From assembly GCF_001194135.2 (NCBI RefSeq), contig NC_068990.1:10363576-10427575 (forward strand): DNA of 64,000 nt, in the 5' to 3' direction. The stretch comes from Octopus bimaculoides. Its lineage: Eukaryota. The notes under the pieces are model-generated. The model was not told where the DNA came from and did no database searches. It was given only the letters and a program-made list of their open reading frames with translations. Made by a program: the position numbers and the translations under genes. This document shows, one piece after another, positions 26,934 to 40,027 of this stretch (its first letter is position 1; every line of letters starts with the position of its first letter).

Positions 26934-28044
26934 AACAACTACATTAATAGTAAATACATGCTTATTTCATCTTATGATCACAAGTTTGCTTATTTAATGT
27001 TTTATGTTTTTTAAACTGTCTCTTTTCTTCTAAATATGCGTTTAGCGAGAGACCTAACACCGACATAACTTAACCATATACATTTAAATACTCAATTCTA
27101 TTATCTTTTTTTCTATTGACCATATCGTGTAATATCGCCGATTTTCTTTTTTCTCTCGTGTGTGTATCTTTATTTACTTTATGTATTTCCTGTTTGCTAT
27201 TTCGTTGTTCAATGCCACGAAAGACTGCGATACATCAACTTTGTGTTAGACAACCACTTTTGAAAAGATCTACTTTCTACAACAACAGTAGAAGCAGTCC
27301 AATTAAGATCTGAAACCAGTCTGGCTACAATCGTGCATTGAAATTCTTTTTGATGCATCCGTATCAAATATATTCTATTTAATTCATCTTCCTTTGGTCC
27401 TTTATTTATGACACTGTTGTACCATAATATCCTGAACATTTTTCTTTGTACGTAAGAACCTCTTTGAATATACGAAGCAAAAGCAAATCCCTGCTGTCTA
27501 TGCTAGTATGAATATTAGGAACAAATCCTATCTATTATAGTTACCGTTACTTTTAATACCGATCGAATGAATCGCACTGCAGTAATCTTTGCGGTGCTCT
27601 GCGCCCGATTTCAAACCTGGCTTAGCTATATTTGACTTTCCCTTTCCGGAGGCCGATAGATACGCTGTCAGTTTAAGCATTGTCTCAACTCTTTGTCGAA
27701 GATATTTTTCAGATATTTCAATCCTTCTGTAAGGATTCGCTTTCTTTCTTAGAGGAGGAGATTTATTTTGCTCGGGACCACAAGATGACATTTATATCAC
27801 AAAGGCGCCGCCGTGATTCCCACAAACATATAATATGAAAAACCTTCGTCCATTTTCAAAACTATAGTAGGTAACAAATGACCTTAAAGTATTAGACAAA
27901 AGCAGCCAGCGCGGTTTTTCGTATCTCATATAGAGTAGATTCGGGGAACTGCTAATAGGAATTTTCATAGTGTGTGTTATTATTTAATATCAGATGATTG
28001 TCAAAATACATACATATGTATACATATATTCATATATATATGCA

Positions 28045-28103
<59 letters not shown>

Positions 28104-28507
28104 NNNNNNNNNNNNNNNNNNNNNNNNNNNNNNNNNNNNNNNNNNNNNNNNNNNNNNNNNNNNNNNNNNNNNNNNNNNNNNNNNNNNNNNNNNNNNNNNN
28201 NNNNNNNNNNNNNNNNNNNNNNNNNNNNNNNNNNNNNNNNNNNNNNNNNNNNNNNNNNNNNNNNNNNNNNNNNNNNNNNNNNNNNNNNNNNNNNNNNNNN
28301 NNNNNNNNNNNNNNNNNNNNNNNNNNNNNNNNNNNNNNNNNNNNNNNNNNNNNNNNNNNNNNNNNNNNNNNNNNNNNNNNNNNNNNNNNNNNNNNNNNNN
28401 NNNNNNNNNNNNNNNNNNNNNNNNNNNNNNNNNNNNNNNNNNNNNNNNNNNNNNNNNNNNNNNNNNNNNNNNNNNNNNNNNNNNNNNNNNNNNNNNNNNN
28501 NNNNNNN

Positions 28508-28542
<35 letters not shown>

Positions 28543-28564
28543 ATATATATATATATATATTTAT

Positions 28565-28754
28565 ATGTGTTTGTTTTTGTGTACCATCGCTTGAAGACCG
28601 ATGTTATGGTTCCCGTAAAAGAGTCCGACAGAATAAGTAGTACGCTTATAAAGAGTAAGTTCTGTCGTCAATTATTTCGACTACAAACTTTACAGGCAGA
28701 GCTCCAGAATGACCGCAGTCAAATGACCGAAACATAGAAGAGAATAAAAGAATA
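28565..28754 (+). mobile_element. SINE family B, 3' half following a (TA)n tract and gap
   Basis: Aligns by eye with 29520-29730 (ccgatg..cccgtaa..gaataagt..gctccag.atg.ccgc.gtcaaatgac.gaaaca). Confidence 0.7.
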
Positions 28755-29063
28755 TACACGTACATATTCACGCAGACAAGCATGCAGGGATAATACATAC
28801 ATACATACATACATACATACGGTGAGTATATAGCGATAAAATATCCAGGCGAGCAGCATACAATCTGCCACATAAAATTTGGGTTGCCTCTATCCGCGTT
28901 GAGAAGTAAGAAGCACTTAGCATAACTTAGAAGTTTATCCGATGGGTGAATCCCGGGCTTGCTTCACTGGAATTTGAATATCTTCGAGGGTGTAAATCCC
29001 CAGGCAATTACAATGAATTTGGAGAATAGTACATATGCATATTTTTAAAATTTATATTTTTAC

Positions 29064-29730
29064 AGGCGCAGGAGTGGCTGTGAGATAAGTAGCTTGCTTA
29101 CCAACCACATAGTTCTGGGTTCAGTCGCACTGCGTGGCACCTTGAGCAAGTGCCTTGTACTATAGCCTCGGGCCGACCAAAGCCTTGTGAGTGGATTTGG
29201 TAGACTGAAACTGAAAGAAGCCCGTCGCATATATATATANNNNNNNNNNNNNNNNNNNNNNNNNNNNNNNNNNNNNNNNNNNNNNNNNNNNNNNNNNNNN
29301 NNNNNNNNNNNNNNNNNNNNNNNNNNNNNNNNNNNNNNNNNNNNNNNNNNNNNNNNNNNNNNNNNNNNNNNNNNNNNNNNNNNNNNNNNNNNNNNNNNNN
29401 NNNNNNNNNNNNNNNNNNNNNNNNNNNNNNNNNNNNNNNNNNNNNNNNNNNNNNNNNNNNNNNNNNNNNNNNNNNNNNNNNNNNNNNNNNNNNNNNNNNN
29501 NNNNNNNNNNNNTATATATATATATGTGTGTGTGTGTGTGTTGTGTTTGTCCTCCCAACATCCATTCAAAACCGATGCTCGTGTGTTTACGTCCCCGTAA
29601 CCTAGAGGTTCGGCAAAAGAGAACGATATAATGAGTACTAGACTTACAAAGAATAAGTCCTGGGGATCGATTTGCTCGACTAAAGGCGGTGCTCCAGCCA
29701 TGCCGCTGTGAAATGACTGAAACAAGTAAA
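29064..29730 (+). mobile_element. SINE family B, full length, with internal (TA)n(TG)n tract spanning a gap
   Basis: tRNA-like head ggcgcaggagtggctgtg...gggttcagtc, CORE-like gtggcaccttgagcaagtg, 3' part ending aatgactgaaacaagtaaa. Confidence 0.88.
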
Positions 29731-32025
29731 GGTGTACAGAGTAAAAGAGACTTACTTTTACAGTATAACAAGTTATACTTTTACAGTACAAATTATATTT
29801 GATATGACTAACAGACGTTTCTAGACCATAAAGAATTGGCAATGGTATTTGTAACCTGTTTTGTTTTTTTTTCGACTATACACCTCTATTCAAATTTGTC
29901 CACATATACATTACAACGCGATCTGAGTTTACTTATGCGCGGCTAACATATTTTGATAGGTTACAATGCTTGTATATAGGTCAAAATAGTGAGGGCGGAG
30001 GTAGAATTAGGAACTTGATATAGCTATAAAAATTATTATTTCGAAAATTAGAATCTTCGACCTTTAAGTAGGTCAGAGTGTATTCCTAGTTGGTTTATGA
30101 GTGTCTCATTTCTCAATGTTTAGTACAACGGTTAGGTGCTAAATGAGATTAAATAAAATCAAATTAAATTCTATCCTATTCAGTTATATATATATATATA
30201 TAATGAGGAACTTATTTATGAGTGCAATTTGAACTTTTCTCAGAATAATCGAGTTTTAGATTATATGAAGATATATGCAGTTTCAAGGTCCTGTATGATT
30301 TGCTATGATTTATGAAAAAGATATTTTAATTTAAAGAAAATATCTATTGCTACTTGTAATTTAAACTTGAGATTTACCCTGTAAACTGAGGCACCTCCTA
30401 GTTATATCGAGATACTAATTTATTCATAGTTTGCATGGATGTAATTAAAGGTCTTCCTATATAAGTGTGAACATCGTACGACTTGTTCTTGTCTACTGCC
30501 AAGTATGTGCTTCGACATAAAACTTTGGAAAATTTCCTCTTTGCACGAAATGCATTTTCCTCCTCTTAACGAGATGTAGCTATAATAATTTTCCCCCATT
30601 CTATATTAGATCTAGGACTTGTGTCTTTCAGGAATCATACGAACGTACTGAAACTAAAGCTGTGCACTTTTTCCCAATTCCGAATTTAAATGGTTTGCCA
30701 GACATATCTTGAATTTTATTGAGCATTCATTGATATAGAAGTGCTGGTTTCCTTCTGACATAATATTCTATCGATAGACTCCAATTTTACCTCATGCATT
30801 GAATATTTAAGAGAGACATTTTATTTTTTCCACAACTACGAATGTTCTTCTGGACCAGAATTCGATATTCTCATTATTTCCGTATCTATTGAACTACTAT
30901 TGTTTCAAGTTTACATGCTATTATATCGAAATGTGTTTGTATTCGGTCTAGTCTCTGTAGGAATTGTAGCAGTTGTCTCCCTTACACAACCTGTCAACAT
31001 TTGGGCGTTCATTTCCCAGCCATTGCATTTAATCGTAGTATTCCGGATCGTTCAAGGTATCGTTTGTCTTTCAATTTCATTCATTCATATTAAACAGAAA
31101 GGTTTTCACTTTGTAATTATGACTATAGCGTATTTTTACACCATATAATTCAATACATATAAAGAAATCCAAATTATATTCATATTGAGATGTGCAAATA
31201 AAAGTACGATATAAAATCTAATTTGCAATATTCAATAGACGTGTTACCTATACTACTTTACTATAGAAGTATATGCGTGGATCATTTTTAGCTGTGATAG
31301 ATTTCAGCTACAATTCAGCGTACATTTCTGAAAAGAATTTGCCGGTAACATTGTGAATCGATTACCTCAGTGGAGTTATTTTCTAAAACAAATCACAAGT
31401 GGATAGCGACAAAAATCAAACAGTAAAGAAGAGAAAGAACGAAAATGTTGCTGATTCTTCTTCTCAAACTCTACTTCGATTGGCTGCTATACATCAATAC
31501 ATTTAAGCATATCTATAATGCTGTTGGAAATAGCGTATAGAAGAACACATAAAAGGCATTATAGTTTATAATAAAACTAAAAAATATAATTTCAGATATG
31601 CATGTGAGGAATCGATATTTACGAACGAAGATTTAGAATATAGGACACATATAGATATAGGGAAGAAACTGGTATCGATCATCATTTCCTGAAAGATATC
31701 AGCGAAAATATTTATCAATCGAATTACACCATCGTGAATGAATGAACTAAGATTTATACTGAAATTTATTCGTAACTGGTTTGTTTCATGCATCTACATA
31801 AAAAAAACCCCGAAATATTGCATATCAACATCATATAAGATTCCTAATAAATTCAACCCGATGATACAAAACTGAGACACAGGTTATATACCATCTATTG
31901 ACTAGAATTCCGCATTAAATATGTTTTATATCCCAGTGGGTATTAAAAGTCGCAAATGTTGTGAGGTGTATATTGTTAATAACTTAGATACACAAATTCA
32001 TTCGTAGATAAGTAATGTACATATA

Positions 32026-33033
32026 TACGAGGGGTGTCTGAAAAGACTTGATCCTCAAAAAAACAAAACATGGTACAAGACTTCTGATGATTTATTTTAC
32101 AACATATTACCCCTGGATGACTGAACACTTTCTCCAGCGGTGTTGAAGCGCCACTATCCCGGCGTAAAAGAACTCTTTTTTGGGGGGACCCCAAGAAACT
32201 TCCTACAGCGTCTATGACGTCATTGTCACTGGCAAATTGGCGACCAACGAGGGCTTTTTTCATTTTTAGAAATAGATGAAAGTCAGAGGGGGATGAGTCT
32301 GGCCAATAAGGCAGATGGGGAACAAGTTCGTATCCACAATCACGAATTGTTGCCATGGCAATCACTGAGGCGTGGGCTGGAGCATTTTCGTGATGAAAAA
32401 GGACTCCTCTGGTGAGCATTCCCGGCCTTTTTTCTTTGATTGCTACTCGGAGGGGTTTCAGTAGCTGAGAATAACACAACCCTGTCACGGCGTGACCCTT
32501 TTCAAGGTAATCGATCAGCAACAGACCTTGAGAATCCAAAAAACGGACGCTATGATCTTGCCAGCTGAAGGAATGACCGTGGTCTTCTTTGTGGTAGGTG
32601 AAGATGTGTGCTTCCATTGCTTTGATTGATCTTTGGTTTCAGGCTGGTAGTGATGAACCCAACTTTCGTCAATAGTAATGAAACCAGTAAAAACAAATTC
32701 ACTTCTTTAGCTTCAAACGGTTCCAGATTGCTCGTGGACAAAGTGCACCTGCTGCGTTTCTGTTCAGGAGACAAAAGGCGAGAGACCCACCTTGCAGAAA
32801 CCTTTGACAACCCACGTTCTTTTGTCACAATGGTGTCTACTATTTCAGTTGAAAAGCCCAATCTCCCGGCTATATGACGACATTATATTCGGCGAACTTC
32901 CATTATTATACCAAGCGCAAGGTCAAGGTTATCCTTGGCGGTTGCAGTTGGAGGTCTCAGTGGTCTTGGATCATATTCCGCACTCTCCCTGCCACGCTTG
33001 AATTCATTTACCCAGTATTTGACTGCTGTATAC
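32026..33033 (-). mobile_element. Decayed mariner transposon, irritans-like, 5'-truncated, one TIR
   Basis: VKYWVNEFKRGR, LSKVSARWVSRLLSPEQKRSR, TIDESWVH, DSQGLLLIDYLEKG, VLFHHENAPAH, PHLPYWPDSSPSDFHLF. End TA-CGAGGGGTGTCTGAAAAG at 32026. Confidence 0.92.
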
Positions 33034-35049
33034 GTAAATACATACATACATATCTTTATGCTTATATATACACAATATGAAATAGAGATTGGAATATTCA
33101 GCTCTTACCTCTGAATTACTTAAAATAGGTTACTTTTGTAATGTGCTACAAAATATTACCACTACAAAAGGTAGCAAAACATTAGTAAAAAAGAGCACTT
33201 CATATCTATATAAGCTTTCTATATAAAATGATAATTTTTAAACATGGAGCAACATTTAATAAAATGAATGATTCTGCATTAGCCAGCCACATAAAATAAA
33301 ATATGTCGTACCTGACGAGGCATGACATAAACTCTCAGACATTCATAGTTTGACGATAGTATTAAGAACTGTTATATTGATATTGCGTAGTTTAAAACAT
33401 AAGCAATATACGTCAAATCACGTTTATCCAGAAGATAGACCCGGAAATTATAGTAGCTTTTCATATTTAGTTATTCTAGTTATTCTACAACGTAGACTAT
33501 GAAAAAGTAAAACAGTATATTTCAAACCGATGAAACAGTAACACAGCTGTTTTAGCAGTAAAATTTGCTTCAAACGTAAGTTGTTCCCATTTCGTAAAAT
33601 TTTAATCCTGCTCCTTAAACACAAAAATATTTAAACTGTAAGAATCCCTTTTGATAAACTGATTGAACGTGTACTGCAAACTTTAGCTCAGATTAATAGT
33701 AAATGTATGCTGTCCTTATCGAGTAAATGAAATATATTGATAGTCATTACGAAATAATTGTCATGTAAAATATAAATATAAAATCTCTCGAAGATGCCTT
33801 TAAAAACAGGTTATGCATAACATTATAGAAATGTGCTTTATATAAATATGCTTGTTCTAATTCTTTAATAAAGAAATCTCTGACCATAGAGAAATGCGGA
33901 TTCGTTAGATTAAACTTTACGCTCCAAACTCGGATTTAGCTGGTGCTTACAAGTGAAATATAGTCATAAATGAATACAATATCTTTCACTACAGAAACTT
34001 AGATATCGAGAAATGCATAAATATGAACGACTAACTTAAAGGAAAACATTCTGGTGAAGGTATGCATCAACGACATATATTAATAAGCCTATATTTCACT
34101 ATAAACTCACAAAATCTGCATGATGTATAAACTATCGGTAACACAAAATACAGAATTAAAAATAAATGCTTGTATTTAGCATTGCGTGAGTAAAAAGAAA
34201 ACTTGGAAAGGATGGAAAAATATGTACATGGTCTCAGAATCTAAGAGTCACCCACGTAAATATTGAGTTTGTCGGTAAATACAAAAATGCAGTGACGAAT
34301 ATTTCCCATATTAAGTGTGCATGTACTCTTTCATATATCCATGTAAACGTAAAAATACACAAACGAAGCACACTGCTGCCAACTCAGTGTTCATATTAAA
34401 CGCTCTGATTTGAAATACCACCATAAATTGAACACTAATAATAACTATAAAGCAGAGAGATAGATTATACTACTTCTATTACTGATGATGCTGTGGATCC
34501 TACCGGCTACTGAATCTACCGATGAGAGTACCTGAACTGTATACAATACAAATCATCCCAGTGGAAACAATAGCAATGTTGACAGTCCGTGGATTCGAAC
34601 TCGCAACTTACATGAGGAAAGTATCCCGGTTACTTTTTCTCACGTTTGGATCGTTGTGCATATTTACAGCACGAAAGCTTTTTTACTGAATTAAGCACCT
34701 GGAAATTCCAAGAGATGGAAGTACATTTCATGGCCAACAACAACAAACAGTTACGTCGTTAGTCCTCGGCAAGACTACATTTATGGAGACTAATATTAGT
34801 ATTACCAAATGTACACTGCGTAGTCGTCTCGATGTCGCCCATGTGCAGTACTACTCGCAAGAGCATTTCGCTCCTGCGTGTCACTAGAATTCCATAGATT
34901 GCTTGAGTTCAATATCTACGAATCACGTGACACGAATATAGAGTGCGGTACGTGCATGATAAAATTTTATATAAAAGATCCAAAAACAGAAAGAAACTAA
35001 AAAGGAAAAGGATCTGCTTGTTATTTGTGTGTGAGCGAGTGACTGTTAT

Positions 35050-35230
35050 TGTGTGTGTTGTCCCCCACCACTGCTTGGCAACTGGTGTTGATGTGTATAC
35101 CTCCCCGTCACCAGGCGTTTCAGCGAACGAGCCGAATGAAATAAATACTGGGGTTAATTTCAAGGTGGAGCCTCAAGCGGACCGGTAACTAACGACTGAA
35201 TGAATTAGAAGAAAGAAAGAAAAAAAAAAA
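35050..35230 (+). mobile_element. SINE family B 3' half, diverged
   Basis: gtcccccaccactgcttggcaactggtgttgatgtgtatacctccccgt...aacgagccgaatgaaataaatactgg. Confidence 0.65.
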
Positions 35231-35805
35231 CCTTAAATGGTTAACATAATTTCAATGACAGAATCACTTGTAATTCAATATTTTCTGCTATATATATATC
35301 ATAAAATGCTTTCATAGTCATCTTCAGTTAAATGCTAATATATATACAGTAAATTATGAAATGAATTTCTTTCACGTCGACTCACACACACTTGTGCGCG
35401 CGCGCAGACACAAACACACCAACATGCACGCACACATACTTACATATATGTGTATATATGTATATATNNNNNNNNNNNNNNNNNNNNNNNNNNNNNNNNN
35501 NNNNNNNNNNNNNNNNNNNNNNNNNNNNNNNNNNNNNNNNNNNNNNNNNNNNNNNNNNNNNNNNNNNNNNNNNNNNNNNNNNNNNNNNNNNNNNNNNNNN
35601 NNNNNNNNNNNNNNNNNNNNNNNNNNNNNNNNNNNNNNNNNNNNNNNNNNNNNNNNNNNNNNNNNNNNNNNNNNNNNNNNNNNNNNNNNNNNNNNNNNNN
35701 NNNNNNNNNNNNNNNNNNNNNNNNNNNNNNNNNNNNNNNNNNNNNNNNNNNNNNNNNNNNNNNNNNNNNNNNNNNNNNNNNNNNNNNNNNNNNNNNNNNN
35801 NNNNN

Positions 35806-35848
<43 letters not shown>

Positions 35849-38227
35849 TATGTTCACAGATAGACATTTGTACTCTATATGTGAGTTTCCGATATTTTAA
35901 AATATATCTGTTCCCTTCCATAGAGTTTTGTTTCCTTCCATGGAGCTCAGCATTTGACATAAGTTGTGGAGATTTATCCCTTGTCAGCCAACTGTCTTTT
36001 GCATAGAACATTGTCATAAATGACCCATTCTCCATCACTTCTAATGTTATTATTGAGAAATGTGTAATCTTTCTACCGCGAAAGAAAACGTGTCCCTTAT
36101 TCCTTCGCAATATTTCATCTTATACCTGCGTGCTTTAAATTTTACATTTTCAGATGTTGCATGTTTCACAAGAATCTACGAAGTATTAATAGACCATTGC
36201 TTGGCATACCTACGCATTTGTGCTCCACAGAACCTCTTTCAGAATAACTTCTAAACAAATACGTGTTTTTTAATGAAATGGTCTTCAGGTACGTGTCAGA
36301 TTATGTATATTACGTGTATATTAAAATTTATTGTGCAAACATTTTTCCCGTATGAAGCGAGAGGAGTTTCGAAATATTCACCCGACTTAGATTTGCTTCC
36401 ACATAACTTTCAGAAAAAAAGTGGATAGGTTTTTTTTATATGAATGTTTTTACAAATATCTTTAACCATGTATAGATCACGTTTATAAAGGGAATAAATA
36501 CGAAAAATAAAAATGATGGCCTTGCACATAGACATATTGACTCACATCGCATACATCTACCAAATGAATGTAAATTTTCGAAATAGATTGTGATGCATAT
36601 CATTATGTATGCGTGTTCGCTAGTTATCGTTTCATATCAATCCGGATATATTCGTAATTTACAGAATATGAAATATATTTGAAGTACATTTCATTAAAAA
36701 ATGCCTATTTTCCGACAGTTATTAGAAAATAAAATCCGATTCGTCTGTAAATTTTATGTAAGTCCTCTCTACATCCATCGGAAAAGGTTTTTAGACAAAA
36801 TCCTCTTACAATTGGAATCTACACCATCTGAAGCAAATTTGTTGAAGATCTGATTAAAAATTGTTACTTTTTCTTCTGGAAGTTGAGAGGAAAAAATAAG
36901 GTGGTGTGCATATGTGCAGGAATCCCAATTACTTTAAAACAACTAATACGAAGATTATCATGCTAATATATATACACATATCAGATTACCTCGCTTTCTT
37001 TCCTTTTTGTTTTGTACGTATCAACATTCGATTATATACCTGCAAGTTATGCATAAAAAATGGCCACTTTATTCGTTAGATATAAATCAAAAGCCTGGCG
37101 AGCTGGTTTCTTAGATGAGTCTATGAAACTTTAATTTGCAGGAACTGAATCTAACTGTTGTTAATTAAGTAATAATTAACACAAACCAAATGTTTCGAGT
37201 GTCGCTTTCGTTCGTCCACTCACTCTTACTACTGCTACAGTCCCTGCTGGCTTCCATTTTCACATGTCTGATAGAATGTTTATAACGAGGGACCATTGAC
37301 ATGCTCTTTCATAGATATCCATATACCACTTCAACTGATCCCAAAGCACTCGGATAAATCCTGAAACAGCATCTTATCAAAATTTCTCAACATTACAAAT
37401 CAATGGCGGGAAAATAGAAAACATTCAGACTGCAAATTGTTAATCGCTCACGATGATGCTGTCCGATATAACAATCACGAGGTTGCACATATTCTCAGCC
37501 AACTTATTTATCTTCATATTTTATGTATTTGCGTCTTATATTTGTATACTTAAAGATCTATTTATGTGTGTTAAGGATAAACTTCGACAATTTATTCTTG
37601 GTTACATAGGAATTATGATGTCATATCTAAATTTTACAGTTTGCATGCAAAGCTATCTATTTTGACTCAGAGTACATTGGATGTCAGCGCGAGTTTATTT
37701 AAGATTCTATATTCTACGTTTATGTATGCATTTCACGAAATTCAGTTTGTAATAACTGCGAAATATATATATAGAATACTAAACCTAAATCTGGAAGCAG
37801 AATGAATTTCAATCGAGCTAAGGTAATCAACATAATTTGAGAGGGATTTTTTCTGTATTATATTAATATTACAAATGTGAATACTTCGTTTTCACAGGAT
37901 TTTGTACCTTCTGTAAATAATTTACATATTTATTAAGATTGTCTCATACACATTCTGTCTCATTTGTTTATACACACAGATATTTGTACATTCTCATGTC
38001 AGTTTGGACATTAATCGTTCAATATCATCCTTATATATATATATGTTTGAAACGATACTAAATTACGCTGTCGCCTTATAATTACAATGTCAAATATTGC
38101 GAACAATACCATCACGTGTTGAAATTCATTGAGGAAACCCTTTTTTGATTTTGCGTCGGTGAAACGCTAGGTGGCCCAGTAGTAAATATATATGAATTTA
38201 TAGATGCAAAACCATAATTTCGCGCGC

Positions 38228-38278
<51 letters not shown>

Positions 38279-39317
38279 CGCGCGTGCGTGCGTGCGTGCG
38301 TTTGTGTGCGTGCGCTGAGAAAAAAATTATATTTTACAAGATCCTTTTAAAACATTACTTCTAGATGTAACAACTCCGCATTCCTGATCCTCTCAAAGCA
38401 TTCATCATTAACTCACAAATCATCCATTAACTCACAAAACCAATTAGAGCTAATCCTCTCAAAGATGTTGCTTCCGTTTACAAACCAAATCCTGTCATTC
38501 GTGTGAATTAAATTAAGCCCTCTATCGAATAGGTTATTGCTAAAATATTGTAAACAGCGAAAGCATCCCTCGTTAATTCACTTTGAAAACATACCACTTA
38601 TTAATACATTGCCCATTCATATACATGATTTGCTGTAGGCATAAAACTTTTGTTCTTCTATGAAAATAAATGTTTTAATTGATTAGTCGATCTGGTGGAA
38701 TTCGAAGCTAGAATATTTTGTGACTTGTGTTGTTCAAACAAATGTTCTAGAGCAATACTGGAAAGACAATTCATTGATTGACTTGATCCGAGAGATAAAA
38801 TGAATAAAATTGAATCAGCAAAGAAAGTTGTTAAAATATATCCCAAGAAGTGCATTTGAGTAACATAGAAAACAAATGAGATGTGAGATGAATGAGTATT
38901 TGATTTTGAAGAAAATTAAATCAACAATGAAATTTGCTAAAATGTGTACCAAAGGTTTTAGCATAGGATTGCTGTTTCAGGTCATCTTTTCTTTTGCTTC
39001 ACTTTTCCATATGTATTCACATATTTCGTTGCATGTATGGAAGGATTACTATACCATAAAATCTCTCGAGATATAAATCATTAATAGTAAAGGGTGAAAA
39101 ATATTTGAGAATTTTGTACATGTGCATAATTTTCATCTTTGTATTAGTCAAGCAATAAGTCAAGTCTGCATCCAATTAACACCAAAGAAATGCCATATAT
39201 TGTCTATGTCGACACCTTTGAAACAGTTACCAACAACCATATCTCTCTTTCCATATATACACATTCAAAAATTTCGGCCCTTTTGCCTACAGAAGAAAAG
39301 AACATTTATATATCCTT

Positions 39318-39429
39318 AAGGCAGCAAGATGTCAGAAAGGTTGGCAGGCCGGGCGAAATGCTTAGCGATATTTCGTCTGTCTTTACGTTCTGAGTTTAAA
39401 CTCCACCGAGGTACACTTTGTTTTTCAAT

Positions 39430-39474
<45 letters not shown>
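39318..39474 (+). mobile_element. SINE family A 5' part followed by (AAT)n
   Basis: aaggcagcaagatgtcagaa...gccgggcgaaatgcttagcgatatttcgtctgtctttacgttctgagtttaaactccaccgagg. Confidence 0.85.
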
Positions 39475-39979
39475 TGAGTCACACGCTCACCCAGTGATAT
39501 GCGTAAGGAGCCGTGTAGGCGTTGATATGTAATTTCAATTCTGGCATGAATAAACTCATCATTTTTCAGTGAACTGTTTATATAAAAATGTCGCTTTAAA
39601 TCGGACTATATNNNNNNNNNNNNNNNNNNNNNNNNNNNNNNNNNNNNNNNNNNNNNNNNNNNNNNNNNNNNNNNNNNNNNNNNNNNNNNNNNNNNNNNNN
39701 NNNNNNNNNNNNNNNNNNNNNNNNNNNNNNNNNNNNNNNNNNNNNNNNNNNNNNNNNNNNNNNNNNNNNNNNNNNNNNNNNNNNNNNNNNNNNNNNNNNN
39801 NNNNNNNNNNNNNNNNNNNNNNNNNNNNNNNNNNNNNNNNNNNNNNNNNNNNNNNNNNNNNNNNNNNNNNNNNNNNNNNNNNNNNNNNNNNNNNNNNNNN
39901 NNNNNNNNNNNNNNNNNNNNNNNNNNNNNNNNNNNNNNNNNNNNNNNNNNNNNNNNNNNNNNNNNNNNNNNNNNNNNNN

Positions 39980-40027
<48 letters not shown>

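Noticed and set aside
34462-34535. Signal-peptide-like IILLLLLMMLWILPATES
   Set aside because: Derived from a decayed (ACT/GAT)n repeat, preceded by an in-frame TAG and closed by TGA soon after.
36154-36288. 135-nt plus-strand segment with good acceptor and donor
   Set aside because: All three frames contain stops and nothing else supports it; such site pairs arise by chance.
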